From assembly GCF_009914755.1 (NCBI RefSeq), contig NC_060934.1: a stretch of DNA of 64,000 nucleotides; one strand, 5' to 3'. The notes under the pieces were generated by a model. That model saw nothing but the letters and a program-made list of their open reading frames with translations. It was not told the origin of the DNA and searched no databases. Below are positions 41,852 through 55,560 of this stretch, piece by piece. Made by a program: the position numbers and the translations under genes. How positions within the stretch are numbered: the first letter of the stretch is position 1; each line of letters begins with the position of its first letter. The stretch comes from the human T2T-CHM13v2.0 reference genome, Homo sapiens.

Positions 41852-42864
41852 GACGTCTGCAAGAAAGCAGGCCCCATGACCTGACAAGCAGCAGAATGTG
41901 CTGGGCCTGGAGCCCAGCTGTTCCCTCTGCCTAGATTGCCTGCCCTCTGTGCTTGGCAAAATCCAAACCAACCTTGAAAAAGTGGCCCATCCTCTGAGAA
42001 ACCCCTTCACCCTGGAAAAGGGCTTCTCACCCCAGTGTTCCCACAGCCCGTTCCCTGAGGCTGCCTGGCCCTCTCCTGAGAGCTCACCATTAGAGGTCCT
42101 CTGCCCAGTTCTCTAGACCATGTGCCCCTTGAGGACAGGGATGGGCTCACTCCCTGCTGACGCCTCAGCACCCAGGGCAGTTCCTGGCTCCGAAACATTT
42201 GCTGAATTAAAATAATGAGATTCCCCTCCCTATCCTATCATAATAATGGCTCTCGTTTAGCGAGCATCAGAAGGTACCAGGCAATTCCCATACATGATCT
42301 TCCATCCTCACAAGAACCAGAGACCTTATGTAGCCTCAGCCCCATTTTCCTGATGGAAAGCAACTAAGGTTCAGAGAAGTTAAGTAACTTGCCCAAGGTC
42401 ACACAGCTAATAGGTGACAGAGCTGGGGAACCAGGCAGTATAGCTCCCAGAATGCCACCTCTTTCCTCTGTACTAGGAAATTTCATTTTCATCTCACTCT
42501 GATCACAAAAGAGCTAAAGAGTTCATGGAAGTCTTAAACACTAAAGGTGGTGAGAGAGTAAAGAGGGAGGAGATGACTTTAAGACTCAAGATTCAAAAGC
42601 AAAGAAGAAGGGCTAATGTGTCTTAGATCTAGGCTGCAACCAGGGTAGCAGCTTCAGGAGAAACTCCAGTGGACAAGGCAAGGGGAGCAGGGAGCAGGTA
42701 CAGAGGGGACAGGCATGGAGGGTGACCAGGCCACTGCGGGGGTCCTCTGGACAGATTTCTGACCCTCAGATCCTCTCTGGGTCCACACAGGATAATGCAC
42801 ACGCTGCCCACAGAAACTCAGTTTGGTACCACCTCTCCCCAGCCCTGTAACACACAAGCATTCA

Positions 42865-42884
42865 CACACACACATACACATGCA

Positions 42885-42921
<37 letters not shown>
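42865..42921. repeat. (CA)n microsatellite, intron 1
   Basis: Interrupted and then pure CA run. Confidence 0.95.
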
Positions 42922-42924
<3 letters not shown>

Positions 42925-44340
42925 CCCATCTAGATTGCATCTAGATTGCAAATTCTCTAAAACCTCCACGGGAATTTTTCAGATGCAGCCAAGAAGAGTC
43001 TGGGGCAAATGTGTGCTCACTAATTGCTGGCCTTGGTACAGAGTCTGATTCGGGAGACAGCTCTCCTCAGGGTCAGATTTCTGTCTCTGACCAGCTGGGG
43101 GCCATGAAAATGTGCTCGAAAGTTATCAAAATATGCACACCTTTCCTGAGAGCCACTGCAGTCACCGAGGAGTGTGGGAAGGAGGAGTAGGTAGGTTTCA
43201 AAGGAGCCAGCAGCCTTCTCCAAAGCCCTGTTCAAAAATCTCCTGGTGTAGTCACCTCTGCGAGCAGTACAAAGGCCCTGCATGTGACCAAAATCTACAC
43301 ACACACAGCCCATTACGGGGACTCTCATGGCCTCACGCTATTAAGGTGGCCCCTTAATACTAGGAATTCACACAGAAACACATTCTGCAGGAGAGTCACA
43401 GAAAACAAAGTATAAAGGTCTGTAAATACACACACTCAAACACACCCAAACACACACACACACATTCTACTAGCTTACTGGGTCTAGAAAAGAAAAGGAT
43501 CAAGTTTCCTCAAGAATTCACAAGTGAGACAGAACAGGGGAAGAGAAATGCTATTTTTTTATTACTTGTCATGGTCAATATCTTTAACCTTGGGCCCCCC
43601 TCTCCAAGCTCCTGACTTCTTGGCATTATCCACCGGGTTCTCCATCCAAGACACACCTGCCCCTTTTCGGGTGCTGAATGTTACATACCCCAAGCCCCAT
43701 ACCCAAAGCCCTCAGGTCCCATTGTCTGCCTGTGTTGGGGATGGCTGGGTGTGGAGGGAGGCGGGTGAGTAGGGGACCAACGCGTGGCACCTGCAGGGGA
43801 AGAATTCTCAAGGCTCTGGGGCAAACAATGGAGAAGAAGGGGCAGACCAGAAACTTCGCCTCCATCCCACCCTGCTGCCCTTCGTCAGGAGCAAGCTCTG
43901 GGAGCGGGAATCTGCGCAGCTGGCTCAGAACGCGGCCGTAGCCCCATGTGCCCAAAAGGAGACATTGTGCTTGGCGAGTGTGGGAAGTGTCCCTCCTGGG
44001 TGCAAGGAAGGCTTTCTGACACCAGTTCGCAGGCACCCTGGAGGAATAAAGCGCTGGCGCAGTGAGGAGGGCCTGAGGGTGCGGAGTGCAGGGTGCAGGG
44101 TGCAGGTGTGAGGACGGAAGCTGACAACCCCGCCGAGGGCCCTTTGAATCCCAGGGATGGGGAAACCACGGCGCTCCTGGCTCCTGGCTCGGGAAAGACC
44201 CCGGCAGGCACTGACCCGTCTGTGGGCTGCGGAGCCCGGACGGGCCCCAATGGTCCTGCCCCCACCCCCAAGTCCGGAATTGCGTCTGGGTGGGAGGGCA
44301 ACCTCGGAGCCAGGGAGCCAGGGGCGGGGACCATACTCAC

Positions 44341-44537
44341 AGGCGCTCGGTGTTCCGAGGTATATTCTTGGGAATGGCCTGCAGCCCCGTGCCGTGGCAG
44401 TCCACCGTGGTTCCGGTGCAGGTGCAGAGGGCGGGGCACGCCGAGGCACCCAGGCGCCACGCGGCTGCCCACAGCAGCAGCCAGAGCTCCGGCCGGACCG
44501 GCCCCGCCGAGGACCCCCACCCGGGAGTCAGCGCCAT
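44341..44537 (-). CDS. SLIT1: SLIT1 coding exon 1 (signal peptide + LRRNT cap + start of LRR domain 1)
   Basis: ATG at 44537 in strong Kozak GGCACCATGG. Translates [65 protein letters not shown](L), the recognisable SLIT1 N-terminus with CPxxCxCxxxxVxC cap. 197 nt, donor CT|GTGAGT at 44340. Confidence 0.98.
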
Positions 44538-44590
44538 GGTGCCCTCACAGCGTCCCGCTCGCGAGCCAGACGGCAGCAGCCGCTGACCAT
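44528..44590 (-). other. Upstream ORF (20 aa, [20 protein letters not shown]) overlapping the SLIT1 start codon out of frame
   Basis: ATG at 44590 in context GGGGATGG, 53 nt upstream of the main ATG. Stop TGA at 44530-44528 lies inside the CDS. Confidence 0.7.
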
Positions 44591-45128
44591 CCCCGTCCGG
44601 GGCCGCCTCCAGGTGCAGTCCCGGGGCAGAGCCACCGAAGAGCCCGCGGGCTTGCGCGCGGCGCCCCTGCGGGCTGGGAGGCACCTTGCTCCTCCAAGCG
44701 ACGGCGCCTGTGCGCGGACGGAGGGAGGGCGCCTTGGGCGGAGGGGGCTCGGCTCCTCTGCCGTTTCGCCGCCTGCGTCTCCCTCTCCCTCCCTCCAGCT
44801 CCCAACTGACTGCTGCGAGGAGGAAAATGGGCAGGCCCCGCGCGCGCACGCACCCTGCGCACACACCACACACACACACACGATCACACACACACCCGCG
44901 CGCTCGCTCCCACCCGGCAGTCATCCATCAATCGAAAAGCACACATCCAGGGCCAGGCTCCTCCCCGCCCTCCCCCCCCGCAGCCCCCCTCTCCCGACGA
45001 CCACTCAGCGGCTGCAAGCCGCCTACAGTTTCAAAGGTGGAACCTCCGAGGCGCCGTCAGCGGGCACGGGGCTGCGGGGGATGGGAGAAGAGGGAAGGGG
45101 GTGTGACTCGACCCGCCAAGTCCTGGCT

Positions 45129-45130
<2 letters not shown>

Positions 45131-45176
<46 letters not shown>
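45131..45176. repeat. (AC)23 microsatellite in the SLIT1 promoter
   Basis: 46-bp perfect dinucleotide run. Confidence 0.97.
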
Positions 45177-45178
<2 letters not shown>

Positions 45179-48100
45179 CGAGGATGCGCACATTTAGACG
45201 CACGCACCCCGGCACCCGCGGCCCCAGCTGCTAGTCCAGGGTGGGAGGGAGATCTTATTTTGCCGCTTGGACGCCTTCCCGGGGAGTCAGACCCGTTTCC
45301 CCCCATCCCCCGACGGCAGCAGCGGCCTCTCGGCCCCACCCGACTCGCTGTGTCAATTCTTGGTTAAGGGAAACCCTGTGCCTGTGCCCCAGGTAGCATC
45401 CTCAAGCCACCAACCTTACTTAGCCTGGACTTTGAGGATGGAGCTTTGTCGGGGGGGAGGGTCCACGAAAGCGCTAGGCGGAGTACAGTCTCCTTCCTAC
45501 CTCAATGCACCCACTTCTCAGAGGGGAACAAGCTAGCCGCATGCCCAGGATGAGAATGGCTCTGATTGGAACACTTGCTCAGCAGGGCGTATTTGTACCA
45601 TACAGTTACACGGGCTTCTTCCCCCGTTGTAGAAGAGAGGGACAGACATTAAGGGGACTTGGAAATCTGGCAAACGTCTTCCTCCACTCACACCAGCGTT
45701 CCTCCATTTCTGACAGGTGGAAACAGATGAAAATGAATATTCCATCTTGACATCAAAGGAGACAGAGAGGGCTGGCATAGCGCTGGGCGGCCTGCTTGGG
45801 AGAGAACCCCACAGGCCAGCCCCGTCAGACCCAGGCCTCACACCCGGCTGGGTAGGGACCTTCGTCACCGTAAGGCATGTGTGGACGTGGGTGTGAACGG
45901 GACATCCAGGTGGGGAGAGAATTCTCCTCAACCCCAGAAAAGACGAAAGATCTCCTCAACGCCAAGGACAGCTGTGGCTCGCTGGGGCAGTGTCCAGCAG
46001 TCGGGGCCTTGACGTGAGGCTGCTTGGCAAGAGGACACAGCTGGGTAGCCCGAGAAGCACCTCCCGTCTCAGGAGCGGCCTGGGTCCAGACACAGCATGG
46101 ACGCATTTGGTGGGGAGAGTGTCGGGCAGGGTGGGGATAGGGGAGGTTGATAGACTCCACAAGGTTGAAGCCTTATCACCCACCAGGTACCCAAGGCTCA
46201 GGCGTTTTCTTTGCTTTTCTTTTCCATGTTGATGAGAATTTTGCAGTCTCTCTACTGTCATAGCACAGTATGTTACAATTTAGGTGGCTGATTTTATGGG
46301 CTTTTGACAGTTCTTTTAAAGTTTTCACACATCCCTGTCCATGACCTCCATCCGGTAAGTGGGTTCTTGAGCATAAGTTCAGTTTCTCAGGGGGCAGGGC
46401 TTTCTCAGGGGTGCCTGTGTGGTGGGATATTAGGGAAGCTTCCCACAAACCAGGCCGGAGTCTGAGAGGGCTGCCCCTGCCCTGCAGCTCACCAGCTCCT
46501 GCTCCATGGGGCCCCAGCCCCTCTATCCATGCTCTCCCCGCAGCCTCAGAGTGACATTCCTCCATGCCCGCTGCTTTGTTTATCCCCTCTTAGTACCTGC
46601 AGCTGCTTCTCCACACCCCTGCCCACCCCCTGGCATCCTCACTCGCTCACCCAGACACACACCCCAGCACCTGGCACTTAGTAGGCCTGTCACAGACAGC
46701 ACTCAGGCTGTTGAAGATGTCTCCAGCCTTCTGCTCCAGCAGTAGCTCCCTGGTCCCAGGACCTCGGAGGGCCCCTTGGAAGCCAAGACCCATGTGGAGA
46801 AGGGAGAGAGTGTTGATTAGCCAGGCGACATGCCCCTAGGTCCTCAGAGTGACAGAGTGAAGGGGTATGAGGAAGGGTGGGAGTGAGCAGGGGTGCAAGA
46901 TCAGCCCTGCCTATGGCTCCTGAGAACCAGCCCCTGCCCTAGAAGCTTCCAGACCAGCCTGGACAGTGAATCCCAAGCAGGCCCTGGGCTGAGTTGCTGC
47001 TGCCTGGCAAAGCCTGGCTTTTCCTCTGAAGGGAGGGAAGGAAGGAGCCCCCCAGACCCAGGACAAAGACTCCCCCAACAGCCCATCACAGGGGGCCCTG
47101 CCCAAGCAGCGGGCAGCTCCCCAGCTTGGCTCCTGTCCCTGGTTCCTCCACCCCAGAACCTGGCCAGCTCCCCAATTCAGGAGGCGGCTCGCCATGAATG
47201 AGCGCAGCTCATTAGCGTGCCCGGCACATTTACTTGTTAAACAACTGCCTGGCTGGCCGCACACCCGCAAGCCCCACTCTGTTTTTTCAATTTCCTCTCC
47301 CATGCCCCTCCCTCTCTTGGGTCTCCCTACCCCCTCCCTGCAGCCGGGCCACCTGCTCCCGCTGCACGGGTGGGGAGGAGGCAGGCCTGGCACATTGCTT
47401 CTGCCAGGAATACTCCACCAAGCCTGTCCCTGCTCACCTGCCACCAGCAGGGCAACCCCCTGGAAGGGAAATTTGAGGTTGAGTCTCCCCAGCCCAGTGA
47501 CGTGAGTCCCCTCTGAGTCCTCTCAGCCACATGTGCTGGGAGTTGAGGGCCACTTCCCCCGTGTGACTCAAGAAGAGAGCGTTCTCTTTATGGCTTCTGC
47601 ACAGAGTCCTCTCTCCCACCGCCACCAGCCCCTTTTGGAGCACCAAGAAGCGGGAGAACCTGGGTGAGGCTGAGGAGCATTGTGGGATGGATTTCCAAAC
47701 TGCAAAAAGGAAAAGTGAGACAGAATGCCTTCTAAGTAGACATCTGATAAACACCACTTACGGAGTATCTGTGTACTACATGTGCTGTACTGGAACTCAG
47801 CAATTCAACAGGGGACAAGAATGGCCCTGGCCCTCAGTGGGCTCACTGTCCGGTGGGGGAACAGAAACAGGAAGCAGGAAAGCATATTCATTTGGGTGTC
47901 AGCGAATGTGGAATTGCAGAGAACCCAGAATGAGGGCACAGAGTGGGGCTGGAAGGCTCCCTGGAAGAGGAGGCACTTGAACTAGGTCTTGAAGGATAAA
48001 TAGGCATTCTCTGGGCAACAAAACAGGAAAAAAGGCTCTCTCAGCAAAGAGAAGCACTTGAGGCAAGTCACACAGACTGGGGGCAGCATTCTCAATGGCT

Positions 48101-48359
48101 GAGCTGGGGCACGTCCAGCAAGGCTGGATTGTGGCAGGGGGTTCAGGTGGGGAGCACAGACGGAGGTTACAGAGGTAATGAGGACACACCCCAGAGGCCC
48201 TGGTGCAGCCTTTCTCTGGCTTCACTGGGCTTTCAGCATCACCTGGCCTGGCCCTGTCCTCAAACACATGTCTATATATGCATGGGCTTGGAAATGCACC
48301 ACCTCTGGAACCAGTGTCTCTGGAACCTGGTGCTTCCAGGGAGGTGACTTGGGAGGTAG

Positions 48360-48596
<237 letters not shown>

Positions 48597-49766
48597 TAGG
48601 AGCTAATTTCCCCCTACCAATACATTTTAACCCCCCTGGGGTGCTTATCATACATGCTGATTCCTGTGACCCACCCCCGATCTTCCCAGTCAGAACCTTC
48701 AGTGTTAGCAAGCTGGGAATGGGGGGTAGAGGCGGTGCTAATTCTGATGCAGGTGATTCCAGAGACCATGCTCTAAGAATCAAGGCCTGGTGTGCTGAGT
48801 TATGAGTTTGGAATTAGACTGAAAACTCTGGGGAGCCATTGAAGGAAGGAGCCTGGCAGGGACAATGGATCTGAGGCCCACCTGCCTTCCTCATCTCCAG
48901 GTTCCACACACCATTAGCAAGGATGAGGCATGTGAAAGAGAAAGATGGTCAAGGGAGAGTGGCAGGGGAGTACAAGATGTCAGAGCTGGAAGGGGATTAA
49001 AAAATGATCAAATCCAAGCACCAGTAAACAGTTAGAAGCCCAGAGAAATGAAGCAACCAGCCTGACCTCACAAGGCAAAGGAGCTGCAGAGGTGGGCCGT
49101 GAATGAGGCCACACACCCGGGCAGAACACAGCATCCAGTCCATCCTGGGCACTCCTCCTGGCCCTGCCACCACAGGGGAACTACGAAAACAGGAGTCTCT
49201 GGGAAGTCTGTGCCAGCAGGACTCATGATATCTTAGCTTTAGTCTCTAAACCCCTGGCTATTGTCAAATTTGGAGGAGGCTGAATTGTTGGAGGCTCTCA
49301 GTGGCAAAGCCTACAGCAAGGACAAGCTCCTAGACTAAAGGTCAAGTGGCGTTTATAGCCCAGAGGCCATCATAGGCATCCAAGATAACTCTGGTAAATA
49401 GAAGCACTGGAAGCAAGAGAGAAGCAAAGTGGGTGCTGGGGTGGGAGAAGAGGAGGAAAAGAAAGGCAGAAAGCAGGCAGACAGCCTGCACTGACAGCAA
49501 CCATTCATCTATTCATCAGACATTGATTGCATGCCAGCTGAGAGCCACGCACTGGAAATAGAAGAGATCTGTGCTTTGGGTTCACTGGGTTTCCTGTATC
49601 TTGTTCACAGTTTTCATCAAATTTAAAGTTTTCAACCATTATTTCTTCACTTTTTTTTGTTCCCTCCTCTCTTTCTTCATTTTTGGGGGCCCCATTTATA
49701 CATAATTAGGCCATTTGGAGTTGTCTCATAGTCCATGGATGGATGATGCCCTGTTCCTTTTTTTAG

Positions 49767-50168
<402 letters not shown>

Positions 50169-50405
50169 CCATCTGGTACAATTTTTATCTCAGACATTGT
50201 ACTTTTCATCTCTAGAAAATCTACTTCGGTTTTTTTTTTTAATCTTCCACGTATCTTCTTAACATGCTTATATTTTCCTCTACCTTAGTGTACATATGGA
50301 ATATAGTTGTAATAACTACATTACCAATTCTATTATATGTATCACTTCTGGGTTTGAAATGATTGATTACTTTTCTTCTTCATTATGGATCATATTTTCC
50401 TACTA

Positions 50406-50726
50406 CGTAGTCCCCCCTTATCTACATAGGGATACATTCTAAGACCCCAGGTGGATGCCTAAACCAAGGATAGTACCAAACCCTATTACATTATGTTTTT
50501 CCTATACCTACATACCCTTGATAAAGTTTAATTTATACATTAGGCACAGTAAGAGATTAACAATAATAACTAATAAGAAAAATAGAATAATTATAACAAT
50601 ATACGATAATAAAACTTATGTGAATGTCATCTCTCTAGCTCCCTCTCTCTCAAAATATCTTATTGTACTACACCACAGATAACTGAAACCACAGGAAGTG
50701 AAAACATGGATAAAGGGGAGCTACAG
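50406..50726. mobile_element. Tigger-family MITE (MER44A-like)
   Basis: TIRs (GTAGTCCCCCCTTATC ... GATAAAGGGGAGCTACAG) flanked by TA. Confidence 0.8.
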
Positions 50727-51990
50727 TACTTTGTACCCTGGTAATTATAGATTTCATGCCAGACATTGTGGATTTTGCCTTGCTGGGTGCTGGATATTCT
50801 TGTATTTTGAAAAAATACTCTTGAGCTTTGTCCTGGAACAGAGTCAAGTTACTTGGAGCCAGTTGGATCCTTTTGAGGCTTGCTTTTAAGCTTTCTTGGG
50901 CAGGACCAGGACTAGCCTGTGGTCGAGGGCTGATTTCCCTACCCTTCTGAATGGTCTCCCCAGTGCCCTGTGAATTAGGAGGCTTCTGCTCTGGCTGGTG
51001 GAAATGCCAGCTAATCCCAACCCTGCAGGAACTCCAAGGATTGTTCTGCCTGCTCCTTTTGGGTGGAACTTTCCCACCTTCAGATAGTTTACACACAGGC
51101 ACTGATCAGTTCTCAGCTGAAGACTAGGGGAGGAGAGGGTGGCACAGCAGGGAAGAACCATCTGCAGATCTCTAGCTGCTCATTCTCTCTGTGCAGCAAT
51201 TTCCTCTCCCGTCTTCCATGGGAACCTGAGCCACCTTGGCCTCCCTGGACTCTCAGCTCTGATTCCTCAATTCAGACTGATGCTGGGTTCCACCTGGGTC
51301 CCCCTCTTGCTCTGTGGCCTGGAAACTCTCTCCACGCTGTAAGCCAGGCAGTTACAGGGCTCATCCCATTTGTTTCCTCTCTCTCAGAAATCACTGCCCC
51401 ACACTACCGGTTGTTTAGTGTCTCATAAGAGTTGTTTCCATTTTTCCCTGGCTTGTCAGTTGTTTAAGCCAGGAGGGGTAAAATTGTCCCATTATATCTT
51501 CTTGGCCAGAAACAGAAATGTGGAAGAAATTTTTGACAATACTTCAAGCCCTCAAAACATGCTCTGTGTGCTGGGGAAAGACAGTCAAACAAACAGACAA
51601 TTACATGACCCTGACAAGTGCCCTGAAGCTGGCCAGAGAGGAAGGGGCCTCAGCCACACAGGCTTCTCGCAGTTTATTAAGCACATAATGCTTGGTGCAG
51701 GCCAGTCCCTACGCTAGAATGGTCTTCCCATCATAACGGCTGGTGTGGCTCTCTACACCCTTCAGGTCTCAGCTTAAGCAATAACTCCTCAAGAAGCCTT
51801 TCCTCATGCGGGGTTAGGTCAGCACCCCCATCCCATCGAAGGGGAATAGGAAGTCATCTGGGGATTTAAGCTGAGGCATGAGATATGATCTATGTTCTCT
51901 CCTTTAACTGTCTTCTGCCTCAGCCCCTTCTGCCTCCCATGGCAGGTAGGAAGGAAGAGACCCTGTTTGGAAGCCCATCATAGAGCCAAA

Positions 51991-52223
51991 CCCTTCTCTA
52001 TCATATACCCTTCTCCATCACATCCCCTTCTCCATCACATCCCCTTTTCCATCACACCCCCTTCTCCATCACACCCCCTTCCCCATCACACCCACTTCTC
52101 CATTGCATGCCCTTCTCCAACACACCCCCTTCTCCATCACACGCCCTTCCCCATCACACCCCCTTCTCCACCACATCCCCTCCTCCATCGCATCCCCTTC
52201 TCCACCGCATCCCCTTCTCCATC
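51991..52223. repeat. 17-bp C-rich minisatellite (CCCCTTCTCCATCACAC)~13-14
   Basis: Degenerate tandem units read directly. Confidence 0.92.
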
Positions 52224-52588
52224 GGAGTCAGCCTTCAGTCCTCCAAAGTCCAAGAAGATGACAAAAATGCAGCATCAGGGAGCTCATTAATCCATCTGCA
52301 TCTTGGGGGCCTTGTCTGTAAAGAATAATCCTACCAACTAACAAACACTTCTATTGTACCTATAAATTCCAGGGGCTCATACTCTTCCAAGACCTTTACC
52401 TATTAAATCATTTAATACTCCCAAGAAACTTAGAAGGAGCTGGAAGCACAACGACGTTTGGGAGTTCACCCAAGGTCACACAGCACGTAGGTGGCAGAGC
52501 TGAGATGTAAAATACCCATTTACTTAAGATCTACCTCCTGGGGCCAGTGTGGGGATTGAATGGGTAGTACATAGGAGAGTGCCTTATG

Positions 52589-53230
<642 letters not shown>

Positions 53231-53897
53231 AAAAGAAAGTGCCTTATGCTGCATGTACAGGCATGTGGTTAGTGTGTTCATTTTTTTAAAAAGCCAAAAT
53301 TGGTTATAGGGATAACTTAGGCAACAGGTCTGTCTAGAGAAAGTTCCGTTTGACAAACATTATGTACAAGTAATTTTAGAGGATTCCTTCTTCTTCTTTT
53401 TCCTTAGCTCCTTCTGCAAATGTGTGTGTTCTGGGTCTGCTTGTGTAACTGACACGAAACCCAGATATTCTTAGACCTTTCCTTTCCCTCACAGACTGTG
53501 GGTGGTCTTCTCATCGCAAATGTAGTTGTCCTTCTCAAAATGGCAAAAACCTAGATTCAGCAGCTCCTAGCCTAAAAACATTCAATGAACTTAAAAGTAA
53601 ATCTAATCTAATTAAAAGAGAATACATCCAAATGTTAAATCATTGGAATTATCAGTGATTTTTAGTCTCTTATTTTATACCCTTCTATATTTTCCATATT
53701 TTCTACAATAAGCTACAAAAAATTTTTAGAAATAAAAATGTAATTACCATTATAGTTTGAATAAAATTACCACTAAATTTCGTATACGAAATTTAATGAT
53801 TTTATGTGAACACACTAAATACTAAATAACACATTTTATATTCCTGCACTGAGGGAGCTGCTCTAATCTGCAAAGGGTGCTTAAAAAATAAGCGACG

Positions 53898-54200
53898 AGC
53901 TGGGCGCGGTGGCTCACGCCTGTAATCCTAGCACTTTGGGAGGCCAAGGCAGGCGGATCACCTGAGGTCAGGAGTTCAAGACCAGCCTGGCCAAGATGGC
54001 AAAACCCCATCTCTACTAAAAATACAAAAATTAGCAGGGTGTGGTGGCAGGCACCTGTAATCCCAGCTACTCAGGAGGTTGAGGCAAGAGAATTGCTTGA
54101 ACCCAGGGGGGCAGAGGTGGCAGTGACCCAAGATTGTACCACTGCACTCCAGCCTGAGCAACAGAGAGAGACTCTGTCTCAGAAAAATAAAATAAAAAAT
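53898..54200 (+). mobile_element. Alu (AluS-like)
   Basis: TSD AAAAAATAAGCGAC; followed by an L1MB-like 3' fragment to ~54470. Confidence 0.93.
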
Positions 54201-55099
54201 AAGCGACAGTTTGTATGAAAATATCTAGAACAGACAAATTTATGTAGACAAGGAGTAGATTAGAGGTTGCTAGGGGCTGGAGGGGGATGGGAATGGAAAG
54301 TTATTGTTTAATGCGTACAAAGTTTCTGTTAGGTGTGAGGAAAAAATTTTGGAAATAAATGGTGATGATCGCACAACACTATGAATGCAATTAATGCCAC
54401 TAATTGTACATTTAGAATGGCTAAATGGTAAATTTTGTCATATGTATATAATTAGCACAATAAAAAATAATAAGTGATGGCTCAGCTAAGGGAGAAAATG
54501 TGGTCCAGAACGCGGGTCCTCCACTGGTCTTTGTCTCCTGCTGCCAGTGATCCCTAGCATTAAGCAACTGCTGCCCAGGGAGTTAAGAAACTTGTTCATC
54601 ATGCCCCACTGACAGGGACAGGGGATCTTACCCCAGGCAGTCTGAAGCCAGATGTCACACCCTGAACCTTTTTACTGCACAATGACAAAACTGCCTGCTG
54701 TTGATGTCACATCTGGAATGATGTCACACAGGAATGATCTGCAGGTAACGCTGTAAGGGAGTTGCTGTTAACTGTTTAGAGGAGAAACCGGAGCCTTGGA
54801 GGAGTTGTCGACTGCTGCTCGGTTATGCAGCCAGTGGGTGGCAAAGCCCCCTGTTCACGCCCAGGCCTGGCACCTGCAAAGGCCAGACAGCGGTGTCAAC
54901 ACTGCTGGCAGATTTAAAATCACCGTCGCAATACTGAAGCTGGGTCAGGGAGCTGAGGTAGGCCAGGCTGGAAAGGCTTGGAGAGGTTTCCAGGGAGGGC
55001 AGGATGAGTTTTTTAAATCGACCGTTTGGTGGCTGCTTTGGGCTTCCGCTGCCAAGCCAGTTTGGGTCCTTGGAGGATCTCTCATCCTCCTCCATAAAC

Positions 55100-55560
55100 A
55101 TTCACCAGCCCCGGCCCGCGGCGTCGGGGCAGCGGCGCGGAACCCGGAGTGCCGGCTGGGTTCGCGGACACTGGCTCCCCGGCGCGGAGGCGCGGCTCTG
55201 CACGACGGGACTCCCGGGGGAGGGAGCGCAAGGGGGCCGCGAGGACGCGCGAGGGCGGGGCGGGGCCATCTGTACCGCCGCTTGGGGGTGGGTGCGTTTG
55301 CTAAGAAGGGCGCCAAGCAAACGGAAACCGCGCACCTCTACTGGATCAATCAAAACAGCGCCTCCGGACAAACGGGAATGGGGGCGGCGCAGAGGCCCTT
55401 CGGGAGGTTTCAGGCACCATCTGTGAGGGGCGCACCCAGGGAAGCTCTGGGTTTGTCCACTCTGAGGCCTGTCCAGTTGTCCAACCACCCTGTCCTCAGC
55501 GTCGTTTGGCGGGGACAGATGCATAGCCCCCCGGCCCAGTACAGCTGGAAGCGACTTCGG
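55100..55560. promoter_or_regulatory. Orphan CpG island ~10.5 kb upstream of SLIT1
   Basis: CpG-dense unique sequence with tandem GC boxes GGGCGGGGCGGGGC at 55253-55266; no recognisable coding exon. Confidence 0.75.

Larger units (their letters stand above)
43900..45350 (-). promoter_or_regulatory. SLIT1: SLIT1 CpG-island promoter and 5'UTR (TSS probably ~44.8-44.9 kb)
   Basis: Very high GC and CpG density around exon 1, no TATA box evident. The exact TSS cannot be read from sequence. Confidence 0.9.

Noticed and set aside
44157-45197. 346-aa plus-strand ORF and other long overlapping ORFs across the promoter
   Set aside because: Stop-codon scarcity in a GC-rich CpG island; low-complexity Pro/Arg/Ala/His-Thr content, runs through (CA)n, no recognisable domain.
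51991-52223. Repeat array considered as CRISPR-like
   Set aside because: Contiguous degenerate tandem units without unique spacers, in primate DNA with no cas genes.
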